A stretch of DNA of 56,504 nucleotides, counting the filler, from Ionaspis alba (Eukaryota): NCBI GenBank assembly GCA_964255285.1. It is 3 parts of 3 records of this genome, joined end to end, with 100 filler letters (N's around TTAATTAATTAA, not from the genome) between each part and the next. Parts side by side here need not be neighbours in the genome. Positions count along the whole stretch, not along the records: positions 18,916 to 37,683 come from CAXUUL010000282.1; 2 more parts are not named here. One strand, written 5' to 3'. Every line of letters starts with the position of its first letter. Position 1 is the stretch's first letter. Under the pieces are notes generated by a model that was given only the letters and a program-made list of their open reading frames with translations, did not search any database and was not told the origin of the DNA. The position numbers were made by a program, and so were the translations under genes. Shown one piece after another: positions 24,711 to 37,783 of the stretch.

Positions 24711-26422
24711 TTAGAATGTCATCTTCTTGCCTTGAAAATCACCAAATCCGCCGCGGTTGGTAGACCCTCCTCGACCACCACGAGATCCACCTCGACCGCC
24801 ACGATCGCCAAAACCACCACGGCCACGGCCCCCTCCACGTCCACCACGGTCGCTACCACGCCCACGTCCACCTCCGAACCCACCACCGCGTCCACCGCGA
24901 GGCGAGCCTCCGGTGGAAGCGCGAGCGTGTCCGTAATCGAGGCGAATAGGACGACCACAGATGGCAGCGCCCTTCATAGCTTCGAAGGCGGCTTTGGAGT
25001 CTTCGATCGACGCGAATTCGACGTAGCCAAAGCCCTTAGGATTGCCAGTTTCCTGATCGGTAGGGAGACGCACGCCGACGACTGTGCCATGATTGCCAAA
25101 TTCCTCCCCAATAATATCTTCCGTGGCATCGAAAGAGATGTTTCCGACAAAAAGTGTGCTACTTGGCTCACTTGGCTGGTCGCCGAAAGATTTGGCACGA
25201 TCGTTGGCCTTGTTCTGGTAGTTGCCACCGGCATTGTCCCGAGGAACAGCGAAATCAACATTAATCTCGCGGCCATCGATCATTTTCCCCTTCATGGCAC
25301 CGTGGGCCTTTGTGGCATCAGCCGCATTGACGTATTCAACATATCCGAATCTATAGAGCTGTTGTTAACTCAACAAGTTCACTGATTTGCAGATGGGTAG
25401 GGTGAGCTTACCCCTTTGACCGCCCAGTTGCCTTGTCAGAGATAACGCGCACGCCGGAAAGCTCCCCAAAACCGCCAAACTCCCTGGTGAGCATTTCCTC
25501 ATCCACATTCCAGGAAAGAGAGCCGACGAAGAGATTCTTCACTTCTTCGCTTCCGCCCTCGATAGCTTCCTTCTTCGCTTTCTTCGCAACTGGAGCTGCT
25601 TCGATTTCGGCTTTGCGCTTCTTGGGTGGTGCTTCATCCTCACTCTCATCTGAATCAGAGTCAGAAGAGGATTCAGATTCAGCAGATTCACCCTCGACGC
25701 CGGAGTTCTCATCATTACCAGAGTCATCGCTATCATCGGTGCCAGAGTCGTCCTCGGATAACTGTTGAATAGATCAGTATCATTCGTTACCATAAAGAAA
25801 CTTGAAGACAACAAACCTCTTTGCCAGCAATATTTTTTATTGCACCGTTCAAAGCCTTGGCATCCACGGGCCCTTTCGGCTTTGTCTCCTCGTCGCTAAC
25901 ACTCTCATCGCTCTCTTCAGAGTCTTCTTCTTCGTCCTCGTCGTCCTCGTCCTCGTCTTCGGCATCCGATTCTTCTTTGGCAGCTTGAACAGGAACGGCT
26001 GTTGCAGGGACAGCTTCCTCATCAGACGAGTCGGAAGAGTCGGACGACGCGGAATCTTCCTTGGCTAGAGACTTGTCGACGCCATTCGCTTTGCCATTTA
26101 ATTTCCCGTCGACATCAGCTGTGACTGGAATTGCGACATCCGCCTCCGAATCACTACTCTCGGAGCTAGAGCTAGACACGACGTCTTCTTCGCTCTCTCC
26201 ACTACTCGGCTCCGGAGTAGGCTCTTTAATGACCTTCTTTGCTTTATTCTCCTTCTTCATGGCCTTGTCCGCTTTGCCGGCAACCTGCTTAGCGATCTCC
26301 TGGCTCTTGGCCTTGGGAGTCTGGGATGGTTTAGTTACAGCGCCTTGCTTGACAGAGGAAATCGTTTTGACCTCTTCGGCCTTAATAGGCTTTGCGACCT
26401 TGATCGATTTTGATTTGGCCAT
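24711..26422 (-). CDS. NSR1: Nucleolin-like nucleolar protein (Nsr1/Gar2)
   Basis: Exons 26422-25817, 25761-25412, 25350-24711. Acidic/Ser-rich N-terminus, two RRMs (LFVGSLSWNVD...SKGFGYVEY; LFVGNISF...PKGFGYVEF), RGG tail ending FQGKKMTF. Confidence 0.93.
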
Positions 26423-26639
26423 TTTTTTCTTTTGATATCCTGTGCGACTAAGGTGGACTCGATGTATCAGCAAATGAGACTGGAAGACATTGAGAGTCCA
26501 GGGGAGAAATTGTTTGTGGAAAATGAAGGGAAGAGGAGGCTATACTTCCAATATGTCTCTAGTTTGCGGTCAAGATTCTCTCCTGGAATCTTATTGTGCG
26601 GCAAGCCCTCTGAATGTGTGTTGGTAAAACCTTAAGTCA

Positions 26640-26860
26640 AAAGCCCACAAGCCCACAGATCAACCCTCAAGACGGATGTGTGTGTACACACAGAAGTCTC
26701 CCAAGTATCTCAAAGTAGTATGCAGTCAAGCTCAAGAACCCGCAGAAGTAACCCACTGAGGAAAGCCCACAATTGTCAAAGCCCAAAGCCCACTGGTCTA
26801 GTGAAGATGCAATGCCCACTAATGTAATGGAAACAGCCCGCACCGATGATAGCCCACAGA
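26640..26860. repeat. Cluster of co-oriented (A)AGCCCAC motifs in the divergent NSR1-ALG6 intergenic region
   Basis: AGCCCA(C) near 26642, 26650, 26764, 26780, 26787 and 26851, plus variants ACCCAC (~26751), TGCCCAC (~26813) and AGCCCGC (~26836). Confidence 0.7.
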
Positions 26861-27116
26861 GATCTGTTTAAGAGCTTACTTGGTTGACTTTGTAAAGTTC
26901 AAGTAATTTCTGACACAGATATTGGAAGGAAAGGAAGGAAATTCTCGTCGTGGGAGAGCTTCAGAAAAACTGCACCGACCGATAGCTTAGCGTGAAGATT
27001 AGCGTCAGCGCTAACACGTAGTCGACAGCTCGCAGAATCGCGCGGGATACAAGTCAACGCGCGTAAAGTCACTCGGTCAGTGGTTGGATCATATTCAAGG
27101 CATTGATTTGATCACC

Positions 27117-29061
27117 ATGTCTTCGCCTCACAAAGCAAGGAGGAAAAAGAAGGCTCCCACTGCCTCACCCACACCATCACTACCGTCCTCGTCGAAGATC
27201 TTGTCAGCGAAGAACGCGAGTGCTCTTTCGGCCGCCCATACTCCTCCTTTTCCCTTGGTCTCCTTCCTGTGGCCGGCGAAGAAGTCAACATCACAATGGG
27301 TCTCCTTGCCTCTGATCCTCATGGCTGTTGGCCTGTTTAGATGGACGGTAGGATTCTGGGGCTATTCAGGTACCATAGATTCTGATTGGTCCTGGTTTCG
27401 ACCTTACACTAAGAGATGCAGGTTTCCAGACTCCTCCCATGCATGGAGACTTTGAGGCTCAAAGACACTGGATGGAAATCACCACCCAGCTTCCAATTTC
27501 TCACTGGTACTTTTATGATTTACAGTACTGGGGCTTGGACTACCCTCCTTTGACAGCATACCATAGTTGGCTCTTGGGAAAAATGTACGAAGCCTTTTGG
27601 TTCTGCTCTTCACAACGTGAGAAGCTGATCATGCTGACTTTTATTTCCAGTGGCTCTTTTATCAGGCCCGAATGGTTTGCATTTGCCACATCGCGAGGGA
27701 TCGAAGACCAGCTTCTCAAGGTCTACATGCGGGCTACCGTCATCGTGTCGGAGTACCTTGTCTACATACCTGCTACTGTCTTCATCACGCGACGCTTGAC
27801 TTCGCTTCAAGGAGTCAATCCATGGGAAGGCTCTATAGCACTTGTTGCCATTTTGATGCAGCCAGCGACCATGCTGGTTGATCATGCCCACTTCCAGTAC
27901 AACACAGTCATGCTCGGCCTTGTTACTGCAAGCACGTCAAGCATACTTGCTGGTAGACTGCTCTGGGGCTGCGTGTTCTTCGTTGCAGCTCTGTGCTTCA
28001 AGCAAATGGCTCTATACTTTGCTCCTGCAATATTTGCTTATCTCATGGGTGTGTGTCTGCTCCCAAAGCCGAATATCCTTCGCTTCGTCGCCATTGCCAC
28101 AGTCACACTCTTATCTTTTGCTATCACGTTTGCTCCGTTGCTTCTGGGCTCGCTGTACGAGTATCTCCAGAACCCGACGATCACAGCTGATCTGAAGCCA
28201 CCACATTTCCTCTCCATGCTTCCGTTCAATCTCGATCGAACCTCTTGGGCCTATCAGGTTACCCTCCAACTGTCTCAGTCGATCCATCGAATCTTTCCTT
28301 TTGCTCGTGGAATCTTCGAAGATAAGGTGGCTAATTTTTGGGGCTGTCTTCACACCGCCCACAAACTCAACTCTTATCCGATACCTTTACTCCAACGCTT
28401 TTCATTATCGTTAACCCTTCTGTCAATTCTACCTGCCTGTATGACCATCTCCCTGTTTCCCCGTAAAGAGCTTTTGCCTTGGGCGATGGCGAGTTCTGCG
28501 TGGGGCTTCTTTTTGTTCTCTTTTCAAGTTCACGAAAAAAGTGTTCTACTCCCGTTGTTACCGATGACGGTACTACTAGCCGGTGCTACTGGTCTCGGCC
28601 CTGAGACAAGGGGCTGGGTTGGTTGGGCGAATATTCTGGGCACATGGACATTATTTCCATTGCTCAAAAGGGATGAGCTTAGGGTGCCCTACGCAGTTCT
28701 AACAATCTTGTGGACTTATTTGCTGGGACTTCCGCCAACTTCAATGTCTCTGTACCAACCAAAACAGGCTTACCTCTCATCCGGAACAAAGCTTCTTCAC
28801 CTCTCGTTCTACGCAGCCATGCTGATTTGGCATGGGTTGGAAGCATTCGTCGCTCCTCCTGCGGGTAAACCGGACCTTTGGGTTGTCATCAACGTTCTTA
28901 TCGGAGCAGCTGGGTTTGCAATCTGCTACCTATGGTCTACGTGGCAGCTGATCTTGAGAGGTGGAGTTCTGGAGGACTACTTTGGCGTGAGAATTCGACT
29001 ACAGAAACTCAGTGATAGAAAGCCACAGGGTAGACCGAGAACGAGCAAACCGCAGCGATGA
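27117..29061 (+). CDS. ALG6: Dol-P-Glc:Man9GlcNAc2-PP-Dol alpha-1,3-glucosyltransferase
   Basis: Exons 27117-27369, 27422-27584, 27651-29061. PPMHGDFEAQRHWMEIT, YWGLDYPPLTAYHSW, DHAHFQYN, RIFPFARGIFEDKVANFW, FSFQVHEKSVLLP; multiple TM segments. Confidence 0.96.
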
Positions 29062-29808
29062 AGCACCTAATTTCTCGGAAGCAAGTTTGCGATTGGCTCT
29101 GGGGCTTGACTAAATATAGGTAGATAGCACAGCGAATTGCAAAATCTTGTACTCTTTGGAGAAGCTACCCACTGATGTTTGTAAATTGTACAATCAACCT
29201 CCAAAAAGCCACAAATCATATGTAATCATAATCTTAGGTGAAGAATTCTCGTCCTGGGAGGTGTCTTCACTTAAAACACGCTATAATCCTTCACGCAGTC
29301 ACTTGTCAATTTCTAGTCATCCTAGCTTTGAGCCGATCCACCGAATAGTTGCCAACATCACATCCTAAAGTTATCTTTTTCGCACTATCGTTTGCTAACT
29401 CCAACGTAGAGGATCGAAGGAATGATCGAGCAATCCTTTCGTCTTCCTTGAAGAATCCTCGCTTCTATTCTATTATTCAAGATTGTAGCTGTGGAGAAAG
29501 GGATAAGGAGTCGTGAATTAGCAACAGAATAACACAACTCAAGTGGTGTTTTGTACATCGCGATCCTCTGCAGTTTAGTGCATAGCCGAGCATTGCTGTA
29601 TTCTTTCATTCTGCTAACTCCGGACTTGTTGGAATTTACTCCCCACGACGATATATTGTTCGGCCAATCCGGTTCTTCTCGCATACTTGTATTTGTGAAT
29701 ACATCAAGATTCCTGTATCAAAGCTTTTCCCAATCATCACATAACCAATTTTACAAGTATTTGAGACAAATTCTCAGCTTGCTGTCAGATTCTGACCGAT
29801 CCATCACA

Positions 29809-30252
29809 ATGAACCTCTTCCCCCTAATTCTTTTCTCCATCGGCATTTTCTCTTTCACGGCTTTCTCGAACCCAGTCCCAGAGGCACAGTGGGGTGCAAT
29901 CGTCGGAGCCGGAGCAAGAGCTGGGGCACGTGCAGGCAAACCAGCTGGCAAAGCTGGAGCTAAAGTGGGCAAGGAAGTGGGAAAAAATGGCATTCACAAC
30001 GGGAGGCCTCCCAGTGAGTTGGGCAAGACCAACGACCCAGATGTCATCAAGCTGGAAAACTCAAAAAAATGCAAAGACATGATGGCTCAAAAGAAGAAAA
30101 CGGCCAATTCCCCGATGCAAATGTCTCGTGGTGGATCACTGCTCAGCATGAATGTCGATGCACAAACGGCGATAGCTTGTGGACATGATGGTGCACATGG
30201 GTATGGTGATCAGTTTGGCAAGAGAGGTTTCTGGGTTCTTGACCGCTACTGA
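29809..30252 (+). CDS. Small secreted Gly/Ala/Lys-rich protein (147 aa)
   Basis: Good ATG context (ACAATG); signal peptide MNLFPLILFSIGIFSFTAFS followed by NPVPEA; two Cys; KR site near the C-terminus. Confidence 0.7.
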   Translation: MNLFPLILFSIGIFSFTAFSNPVPEAQWGAIVGAGARAGARAGKPAGKAGAKVGKEVGKNGIHNGRPPSELGKTNDPDVIKLENSKKCKDMMAQKKKTANSPMQMSRGGSLLSMNVDAQTAIACGHDGAHGYGDQFGKRGFWVLDRY

Positions 30253-31093
30253 GAGAGGTGAAGCTTTAGAGGTTCCAAGAATAGAGGTCTACGCCGAAGC
30301 AAGCTGGCTTGCTCATAAATCCATTTCGCATGCACAACTTTCGTCACTTTTTACACGCTGTACCTATAACAAAATCTGATGTAGCTGGCGACCAGCTCTC
30401 TGGGATTCACGTAGGAATAATGGTTGACCATCGTTGAGTCTTGTGGAAGTGAACCCTGCAATGGAATTTGTCCGTAGACTCATCTGCGAGTGCAGACATG
30501 TCTTTGCCCTTACGAATCATTTACGCAGCACGATCGGACCTTTTGCGTGAATAGGTGTTGGGATATATTAGCTGGGAACATAGGTACTCCTGAACGCAAT
30601 GACTTCTCGCTAACATAGGCAATTTTAAGCTGCAGATTTGGAAGGTTGCTGGTGTTTGGAGCACCTTTTTGGTTGCTATCCAGACTTCGAAGGTTTAGAT
30701 GTTTCAGCGGGCAAGGCTCACGATCAGTTTTGTTGCCACGTCACATTTAGCGTATCAATATAATCACTAACCAACGTTGAAGCCTTGAGAGGCTTCCCAC
30801 CTCTCTACGTCACCCCACAATTTTGAATTGGTGCCGGGGTTATTTCGCTAAGGATTGTCCTAATTGTGTAGCGGCAACGGAACCTGTCACCGAGCCACCG
30901 GNNNNNNNNNNNNNNNNNNNNNNNNNNNNNNNNNNNNNNNNNNNNNNNNNNNNNNNNNNNNNNNNNNNNNNNNNNNNNNNNNNNNNNNNNNNNNNNNNNN
31001 NCGGATGTTGCAACTTTGATCAGCGGCCGTGAAGTCGCATAAAATCTTCGGTAGTGATACTCCCTTTTAGTCACTACGCATGATATCAAAGTT

Positions 31094-33412
31094 ATGGGGA
31101 AAAGCGAAAAGAAGCGCTCTCATGCGCAATACGCACAGGATCTTGGAGCAGCCTCTGCTCCAACGGGAATATCGTCGACGCTTGCTCTTCCCCCAGATTC
31201 AGAGCTCCAAGGCAAGGGAGGAAATCACCAGGAAAATAATGCATTGCCTGGCGAACTTGAGCATGAAGATGGCACCTCTGTCCAATGGGAGGTTGTAGAC
31301 CGCAGGTCTCGTCAACGAATATATGGGAAAGAAATGAAAAGTGTCAAGGCATCCGAAAAACGAAACGAAAGGAAGAAAGACAATCGTCCTGCGCTGACTT
31401 ACACGGAACTGCACAAAATGCAGTCAAGTCTCAAGATAGCAGATATACAAAGTCTTGTACTTTATTGCTTAGCAGACGGAACCAGTCCACAGTGGGTATC
31501 TGTCAAGCACCACAACCAGGTTCGAAAAGCTGTTGTCTTACTAGTACCAGGCCTGGAGAGACACATGTTTGATAGCCATATAAAGCTCACCGGTACTGCT
31601 CTGCCCGAAAGCCTCGACGATAATGACCAAGTTGCTGCAAAGGCCAAGGATTTGAATGACAGACTCAAGAGTGTGGACGAAGATGAACAGGTTGTGTTTC
31701 ATTCCAATTACAATCGATCCCCAGATGACTATCTTCCTATACGCCTTCAAGGCGACTCTCTACATCCTGCTATACAACCGCTTGCCGATGTTTTTAGTCA
31801 TGTTTGGCCAGTAAGGGCACCAGGGGACGACAGATACTGCAAATTGCATTCTCCACTACATGCGATGCTGAATGCGCCCGTTCCAAAATCCCAGGAGGAA
31901 AAGAGCGTGGAGAATGGTTCCAAGGGGCTAAAGCCCGTCCGAGAAGGCAGGGCCTGGAAAGATGAACGAACTACCATTATCACTTTTCTAGCCTCGGCAG
32001 AAGAGCTGCAAGAGAATGGATACACTCTTCATCCTACCTATTTCAAAGCCGAGGACGAAGTAACTGCAGAACTGACACGAAGGGAGCGCCACAAACAGAC
32101 AGAGACTTACGGGTGGAGGGATACCAACGTCTCCGAATTGAGGAAAAGCCAAATAGCGAACGGCGACATCACGGAGCCAGCTGTAGAGAACAGAGGTCTC
32201 CCTCTTGGCTGGACTGCGTTGGCAATTGACTGTGAAATGTGTAGAGTTGAAGGTGACGAGATGGCACTTACACGTATCAGTATTGTTGGCTGGGATGGAG
32301 AACTGGTAATAGATGAACTAGTGAAGCCTGATAAGCCGGTTATCGACTACCTCACGCCGTAAAGTCTTCTCAGCCATTGTCTCTTCTGTTACTAACTGCA
32401 ATCTCGCAGCTATTCAGGCATCACCGCGGCCAAGTTGGAAGCGGTCACTACAAATCTCTCGGACATTCAATCACGTCTTCTAACCCTTTTGACTCCCAAC
32501 ACAATCCTTCTAGGTCACTCTCTGAACGCTGACCTCGACGCGCTCAAATTAACACACCCGTTCATCATCGATACATCTCTACTTTATCCTCACCCTCGCG
32601 GTCCGCCACTCAAATCCTCCCTCAAGTTTCTCGCTCAGAAATATTTGTCTCGTGAAATTCAGAAGGGGCACGGTAGCATGGGCCACGATAGTATTGAAGA
32701 TGCACGCGCTTGTCTCGACCTCGTCAAGCAGAAATGCGAGAAAGGTCCCAGATGGGGTACGGGCGAAGGGACCAGCGAGTCCATCTTCAAACGCCTTGCA
32801 CGAACCGCCAGACTTGGGCCGGGTAGCTGGACCAATGGTGTTCGGGACAGTAAGCGAGGCGCGATTGTCGATCATGGTGCGCCCGAACGGAGCTTTGGCT
32901 TAATGGCCGGAATCGGCATCGGATGCAAGAACGATCAAGAAGTTGTCAATGGTGTGAAAAGAGCCCTCTGGGGCGACTCCGATGGTCTTGTTGTACCTGG
33001 AGGAGGTGTTGAGTTTACTTGGGGACGACTTCGGGAGCTAGAAGTATTACGTGGATGGTCGAATGATAACCGTCATTTGCAGAACAACTCAGATGACAAC
33101 ATCGCAGACAGGGAAGATCAATACAAAGATCCTACACCAGCCCTTCTCGCAGCTGTTGTAACCCAAACCGTCAAGCATATTGTGGCAATCCATGCCATGC
33201 TTCCACCTTGTACGTTACTCGTGGTTTATACTGGGACAGGTGATCCACGAGAACTTGCTAGGCTACAGGGATTGCAGAGGGTTTTCAAACGTGAGTACTC
33301 TATTAAGAAATGGGATGAATTAAGTGTCAAGTGGACAGATCGGGAAGAACAGGCTCTCAGGAAGTCCTGCAAGCAGGCGAGAGATGGCCTTGGTTTGATC
33401 ACCATTACCTGA
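31094..33412 (+). CDS. DEDDh RNA exonuclease (Rex1/Rnh70/REXO5-like)
   Basis: Exons 31094-32358, 32410-33412. ExoI AIDCEMC, LTRISIV, DYLTPYSGIT, ExoII GHSLNADL, IIDTSLLY, ExoIII GHDSIEDA. Confidence 0.9.
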
Positions 33413-33835
33413 ACTTAGCAAGTAGAAGGACATGTGTTTGGAGAGGCTCAACGGCCTCTACACTTTGTGACAATAGTCAAAGGTTCAAGAACCCAATTTC
33501 TTGCTATCACTCTCCTGGATCAATAAGACTTACTGCCCAGCTTGAGGCTCGCTTAGTCGCATGGTAAACAAGTATAGTATCACTCTCTTTTCAAGTAGAC
33601 TACCAGAGCCAGCGGGAATTTATAGAATAACGTGATTTGTTTCTTGATGATAATCATCTGAATATAGCTGTAGTGCTCTCAAGGTCTAAAAGGAATTGGA
33701 TTATGTAATCCGAATCTTGCACTAGTGCCAAACATCTCAAAAAAATTGTCCAGCATCATCTCCGCGACGAATCATCAAAGCCGTAACGCATTTACACTCT
33801 TTCCAATTCACGCTGCCACAGGATCTCTGCTCAAT

Positions 33836-34997
33836 ATGTATGCGTTCATGATACAAAGTTGGATGCTCTGGTTTACTGACAATATTTAGGTTCTCCCTTC
33901 GGCGTACAGCATTCAGGCTACTCTCGACCCCGTACTTTTCCGTCTCGACGAAACCCAGATCTTTCAGCACGATATCTCCATCAATTCTTCGACACAACAA
34001 CACCTGTCTCAACTCGAAATTTCAAAGAAGGTTTGCAAGTGATGCAACAACACAAGCAGAGCCAGAGGCAGACGGAGCGACCGAAGCCCAACATGGCGAC
34101 AATTCTATAGCTGCTTCAACTGGCGAATCAGCATTGGAGCCTCCATCATCATCCACCGCCGCACCTCCAGAACCTACTGAAGACGGTAAAATCGCCGAAC
34201 CTGCCGATCAGCAAGAACAATCCACCGTTGCTTCCGCGTTATCCTCTGCCGCCAATACTGCCTCGACCAAAACACGAGAAGCTGCGAGTGATGCAGCTGC
34301 AGCTGTGACGGACGCCGGGGAAACTGTAGCAGATACAGCTCGGGATCTTAGCTCATCGGCCCTCGACAATGCAGTAGGCCGATCGTCCACGCCTGTGCCA
34401 ACAGTCTACATTGGAAATCTGTTCTTCGATGTCACCGAAGAAACATTGAGAAGGGAGATGGGGCGCTTCGGTGATATCAATATGATCAGATTGATTGTAG
34501 ATTCGAGAGGGCTAAGCAAAGGGTATGTTGTTACCGAAAATCACATGGATAGGCTATGCACTAAAAGATGTGACTACAGGTTCGCATACGTGGAATTCAA
34601 AGACCAAATATCTGCGGACAGGTGCATTGAGGAAATGAATCAACAGATCTTCGAAGGCCGTCGTATATCCGTCCAGTATACTATCAAGAAAGAGAATCGG
34701 CCCCCACGCTTGACCGAAAAGCATGCTCCAACCAGGACCTTGTTCATTGGCAACATGTCTTTTGAGATGTCCGACCAAGATTTGAACGACTTGTTCCGCG
34801 AAATTCGGAATGTCATTGACGTTCGTGTTGCCATCGACAGAAGGACAGGACAGCCCAGAGGTTTCGCTCACGCCGATTTTGTTGACGTTGCAAGTGCGGA
34901 GGAGGCTATGAAGCAGCTGGATGGCAAGGAAATCTATGGCAGGCGTCTGAGACTAGATTTCAGCGAAAATCCCTCTCGGGCAAGGACATCCACATAA
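33836..34997 (+). CDS. Two-RRM RNA-binding protein with a predicted mitochondrial presequence
   Basis: Exons 33836-33837 (AT), 33890-34522, 34580-34997. MFSLRRTAFRLLS...FQRRFAS presequence, acidic linker, RRM1 VYIGNLFF/SKGFAYVEF, RRM2 LFIGNMSF/PRGFAHADF. Confidence 0.85.
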
Positions 34998-35502
34998 GAT
35001 GCTTCGTTTGATCTTATCTTGGCTGGGGCGATATTGTGGCCGGGGGCAGCGTCAAAGATGAAGAGCCTCGGAGACTCTAGATATTCGTCGATTTGGTCTT
35101 TGTTTGCTTCTTGTAACTATCCGTGTGGCGAATGGAAAGAGGGGACTGTACAATATTTTGTGCTGGTCAAAAGAAGTAATATAGAATGTCGAATCTCTTC
35201 TCCACGGTGCATTGACTAAGTAGAAATCGAGAAGTGGAGGTTTTTTTGGTTGTAGCCATTATCTTTGTGCTATATGTCCACAAAGATCTTGCGTGCATAA
35301 CGTAGTAATGCACAAGCACGCCGGAGAATTTAGACGAAATCCGAGACTCAGCATTGCCGAGGCACAAACTACGTCAAATCCAAGCACTTCTCTTCCAATC
35401 AATCAACACGATCTCATCTTCTCCCACTTCCTGAACCAGGATTTCACCCTACAAGCCCTCTAGACCTTGCTTGCCCTCTCTTCTCCTCGACCCTTCACAA
35501 AT

Positions 35503-37516
35503 ATGTCTTTCCTTGGTGGGCCGGAATGCAGCACGGCTGGCAACCCGTTGACACAGTTTACAAAACATGTTCAAGATGACAAGTCACTACAGCGAGATCG
35601 AATGGTTGGACGTGGACCGGGAGGTCAATATGAGAGTATCAGGAGTCAGCGACCCATGGGACAGCAGGACAAGGTGGGCAAATCCAGACGTTCTGGCGCT
35701 GCGACATATCCAACCATAAAGACAGGCAAACTAATTAATATCACAGATGATGGATGAATTCCTCCTTCAAAATGTTGGTCTACCTCAAAATGCAGCGCAT
35801 CCATTCGCTATGGAGCAGATGCGACGAGAGATCGAGGTCCATTCTGCTACTGTATCACGAACAGGGTCACCAGCATGGGCTGCCGAGTACAATCCGGTAG
35901 AACAAGCACGTATGGAAGCGGCCTTTCAATCTCCAAAGACAAATGGATTCGTGCCTCCCGGTTTTAGCCCGGCCGACTTCCAGCGTTTCCAGCAAATGGA
36001 AAGAAACTCTGCCTCACGGATAAATTCTCTCTCGCAGAACTCCTCGACAATGAATAGATATCAGAGATCGATGGGAATGGGGTATGGAATGGGTATAACG
36101 AGCTCCATGGATAGACCAATGAACTCTTTCAGCTCGATGAATACCACAACGCATGGTAAAGGAAAAGGTCGGATGGTTGAGCTTGATGACAAGGATTGGG
36201 AACAAGAATTTGCACAGATCGATGCTGGTGCTCAAGGAGAACTTGATGCTGAGGCAAACGCTGCTATGGAGACTGAGCTGGACGATTTAGACAGGTCAGT
36301 GATCTGCGAAAACGACGATGGAGCTTTTGAAAGCATTTGGAGGGGAATACAGGCTGAGACGGCTTCAAATAGGCACATGGTGGACGACCTACGGTTTGAT
36401 GACTTCAAGTTCGATATGACCGATGGTTTGCAGCCAGACTTTGACCCTTGGAACGGGTTCGATGCTATGAATACTCACGGTGGTTTCCGAGATCCTCAAT
36501 TGGGAGATTACCTATTCGAAGACGACAACGTCTTTCGAGCTGTTGGTGATCCTTTTGGAGAAGGCATCAAGATTATGCAGGAAGCTGGCAATCTTTCACT
36601 TGCAGCACTTGCTTTCGAAGCGGCTGTTCAGAAAGATCCTCAGCATGTTGAGGCCTGGAACATGCTTGGAAGTGCACAGGCTCAGAATGAGAAGGAATCT
36701 CCTGCTATCCGGGCTCTCGAGCAGGCTGTCAAGCTTGATCCTTCAAATCTTGAAGCTCTGATGGGTCTTGCCGTTTCCTACACCAACGAAGGTTACGATG
36801 CTACAGCTTATCGAACCTTGGAGCGTTGGCTTTCCGTCAAATACCCCCAAATCATATCTCCCAACGATCTTTCGCCGGTTTCCGAAGTTGGATTCACAGA
36901 TCGGCATCAGTTGCATGAGAAAGTAACCAATCTCTTCATACGAGCTGCACAACTCTCTCCTCATGGAGAGCATGTGGATCCGGATGTGCAAGTTGGACTT
37001 GGTGTTTTGTTTTATGGAGATGAAGAGTATGAGAAGGCTGTGGACTGCTTTGAAGCTGCACTTGCTTCGACAGAATCGGGAACGACGAATCAACGACAAC
37101 AAGTTCATCTACTATGGAACAGACTTGGTGCTACACTTGCCAACAGTCGACGGAGTGAGGAGGCTATCGCGGCATATGAGAAGGCCTTGACCCTTAATCC
37201 AAATTTTGTTCGGGCGCGTTACAATCTCGGAGTTTCGTGTATCAACATTGGATGTTATGAGGAGGCCGCGCAGCATCTTCTTGGAGCTTTGAGCATGCAT
37301 CGTGTGGTGGAGCGGGAAGGGAGAGAACGGGTACAGGAGGTAGTGGGGGATGGTGTGAATGAGGGTCAACTCGAACGGATGATGAGCATGAACCAGAGTA
37401 CCAATCTTTATGAGACTCTGCGGAGAGTGTTTAGCCAGATGGATCGAAGGGATCTGAGTAAGATGGTGGTACCGGGGATGGATGTGGATGTATTTAGAGG
37501 GGAGTTTGACTTTTAG
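35503..37516 (+). CDS. PEX5: Peroxisomal PTS1 receptor
   Basis: Exons 35503-35673, 35747-37516. N-terminal conserved Cys (MSFLGGPECSTAGNPL); WxxxF/Y motifs WAAEY and WEQEF; TPRs LAFEAAVQKDP, LWNRLGATLANS, RARYNLGVSCINIG. Confidence 0.96.
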
Positions 37517-37683
37517 ATGGGTTTGCGAAATGGATTGTCCTACTATTCGTTTTAGGAATCTATCTTCTAACTTTTCTTTTAACAGTTTATTGTAAGACTT
37601 CAGCAGTAGTAGATTTGCAGGACAGGCAAATCTGTCACAAACTAATCTGATTTGCAAACCTATTAAATTTTCGCAAAATAAAT

Positions 37684-37783
37684 NNNNNNNNNNNNNNNNN
37701 NNNNNNNNNNNNNNNNNNNNNNNNNNNTTAATTAATTAANNNNNNNNNNNNNNNNNNNNNNNNNNNNNNNNNNNNNNNNNNNN
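37684..37783. other. Artificial contig linker (N44-TTAATTAATTAA-N44)
   Basis: Same six-frame-stop spacer at 37728-37739. Confidence 0.95.

Noticed and set aside
27585..27650. Apparent in-frame insertions in Alg6 (also 34523-34579 and 48561-48617)
   Set aside because: Stop-free 3n introns with clear donor, branch and acceptor. Removing them restores conserved motifs or a clean reading frame.
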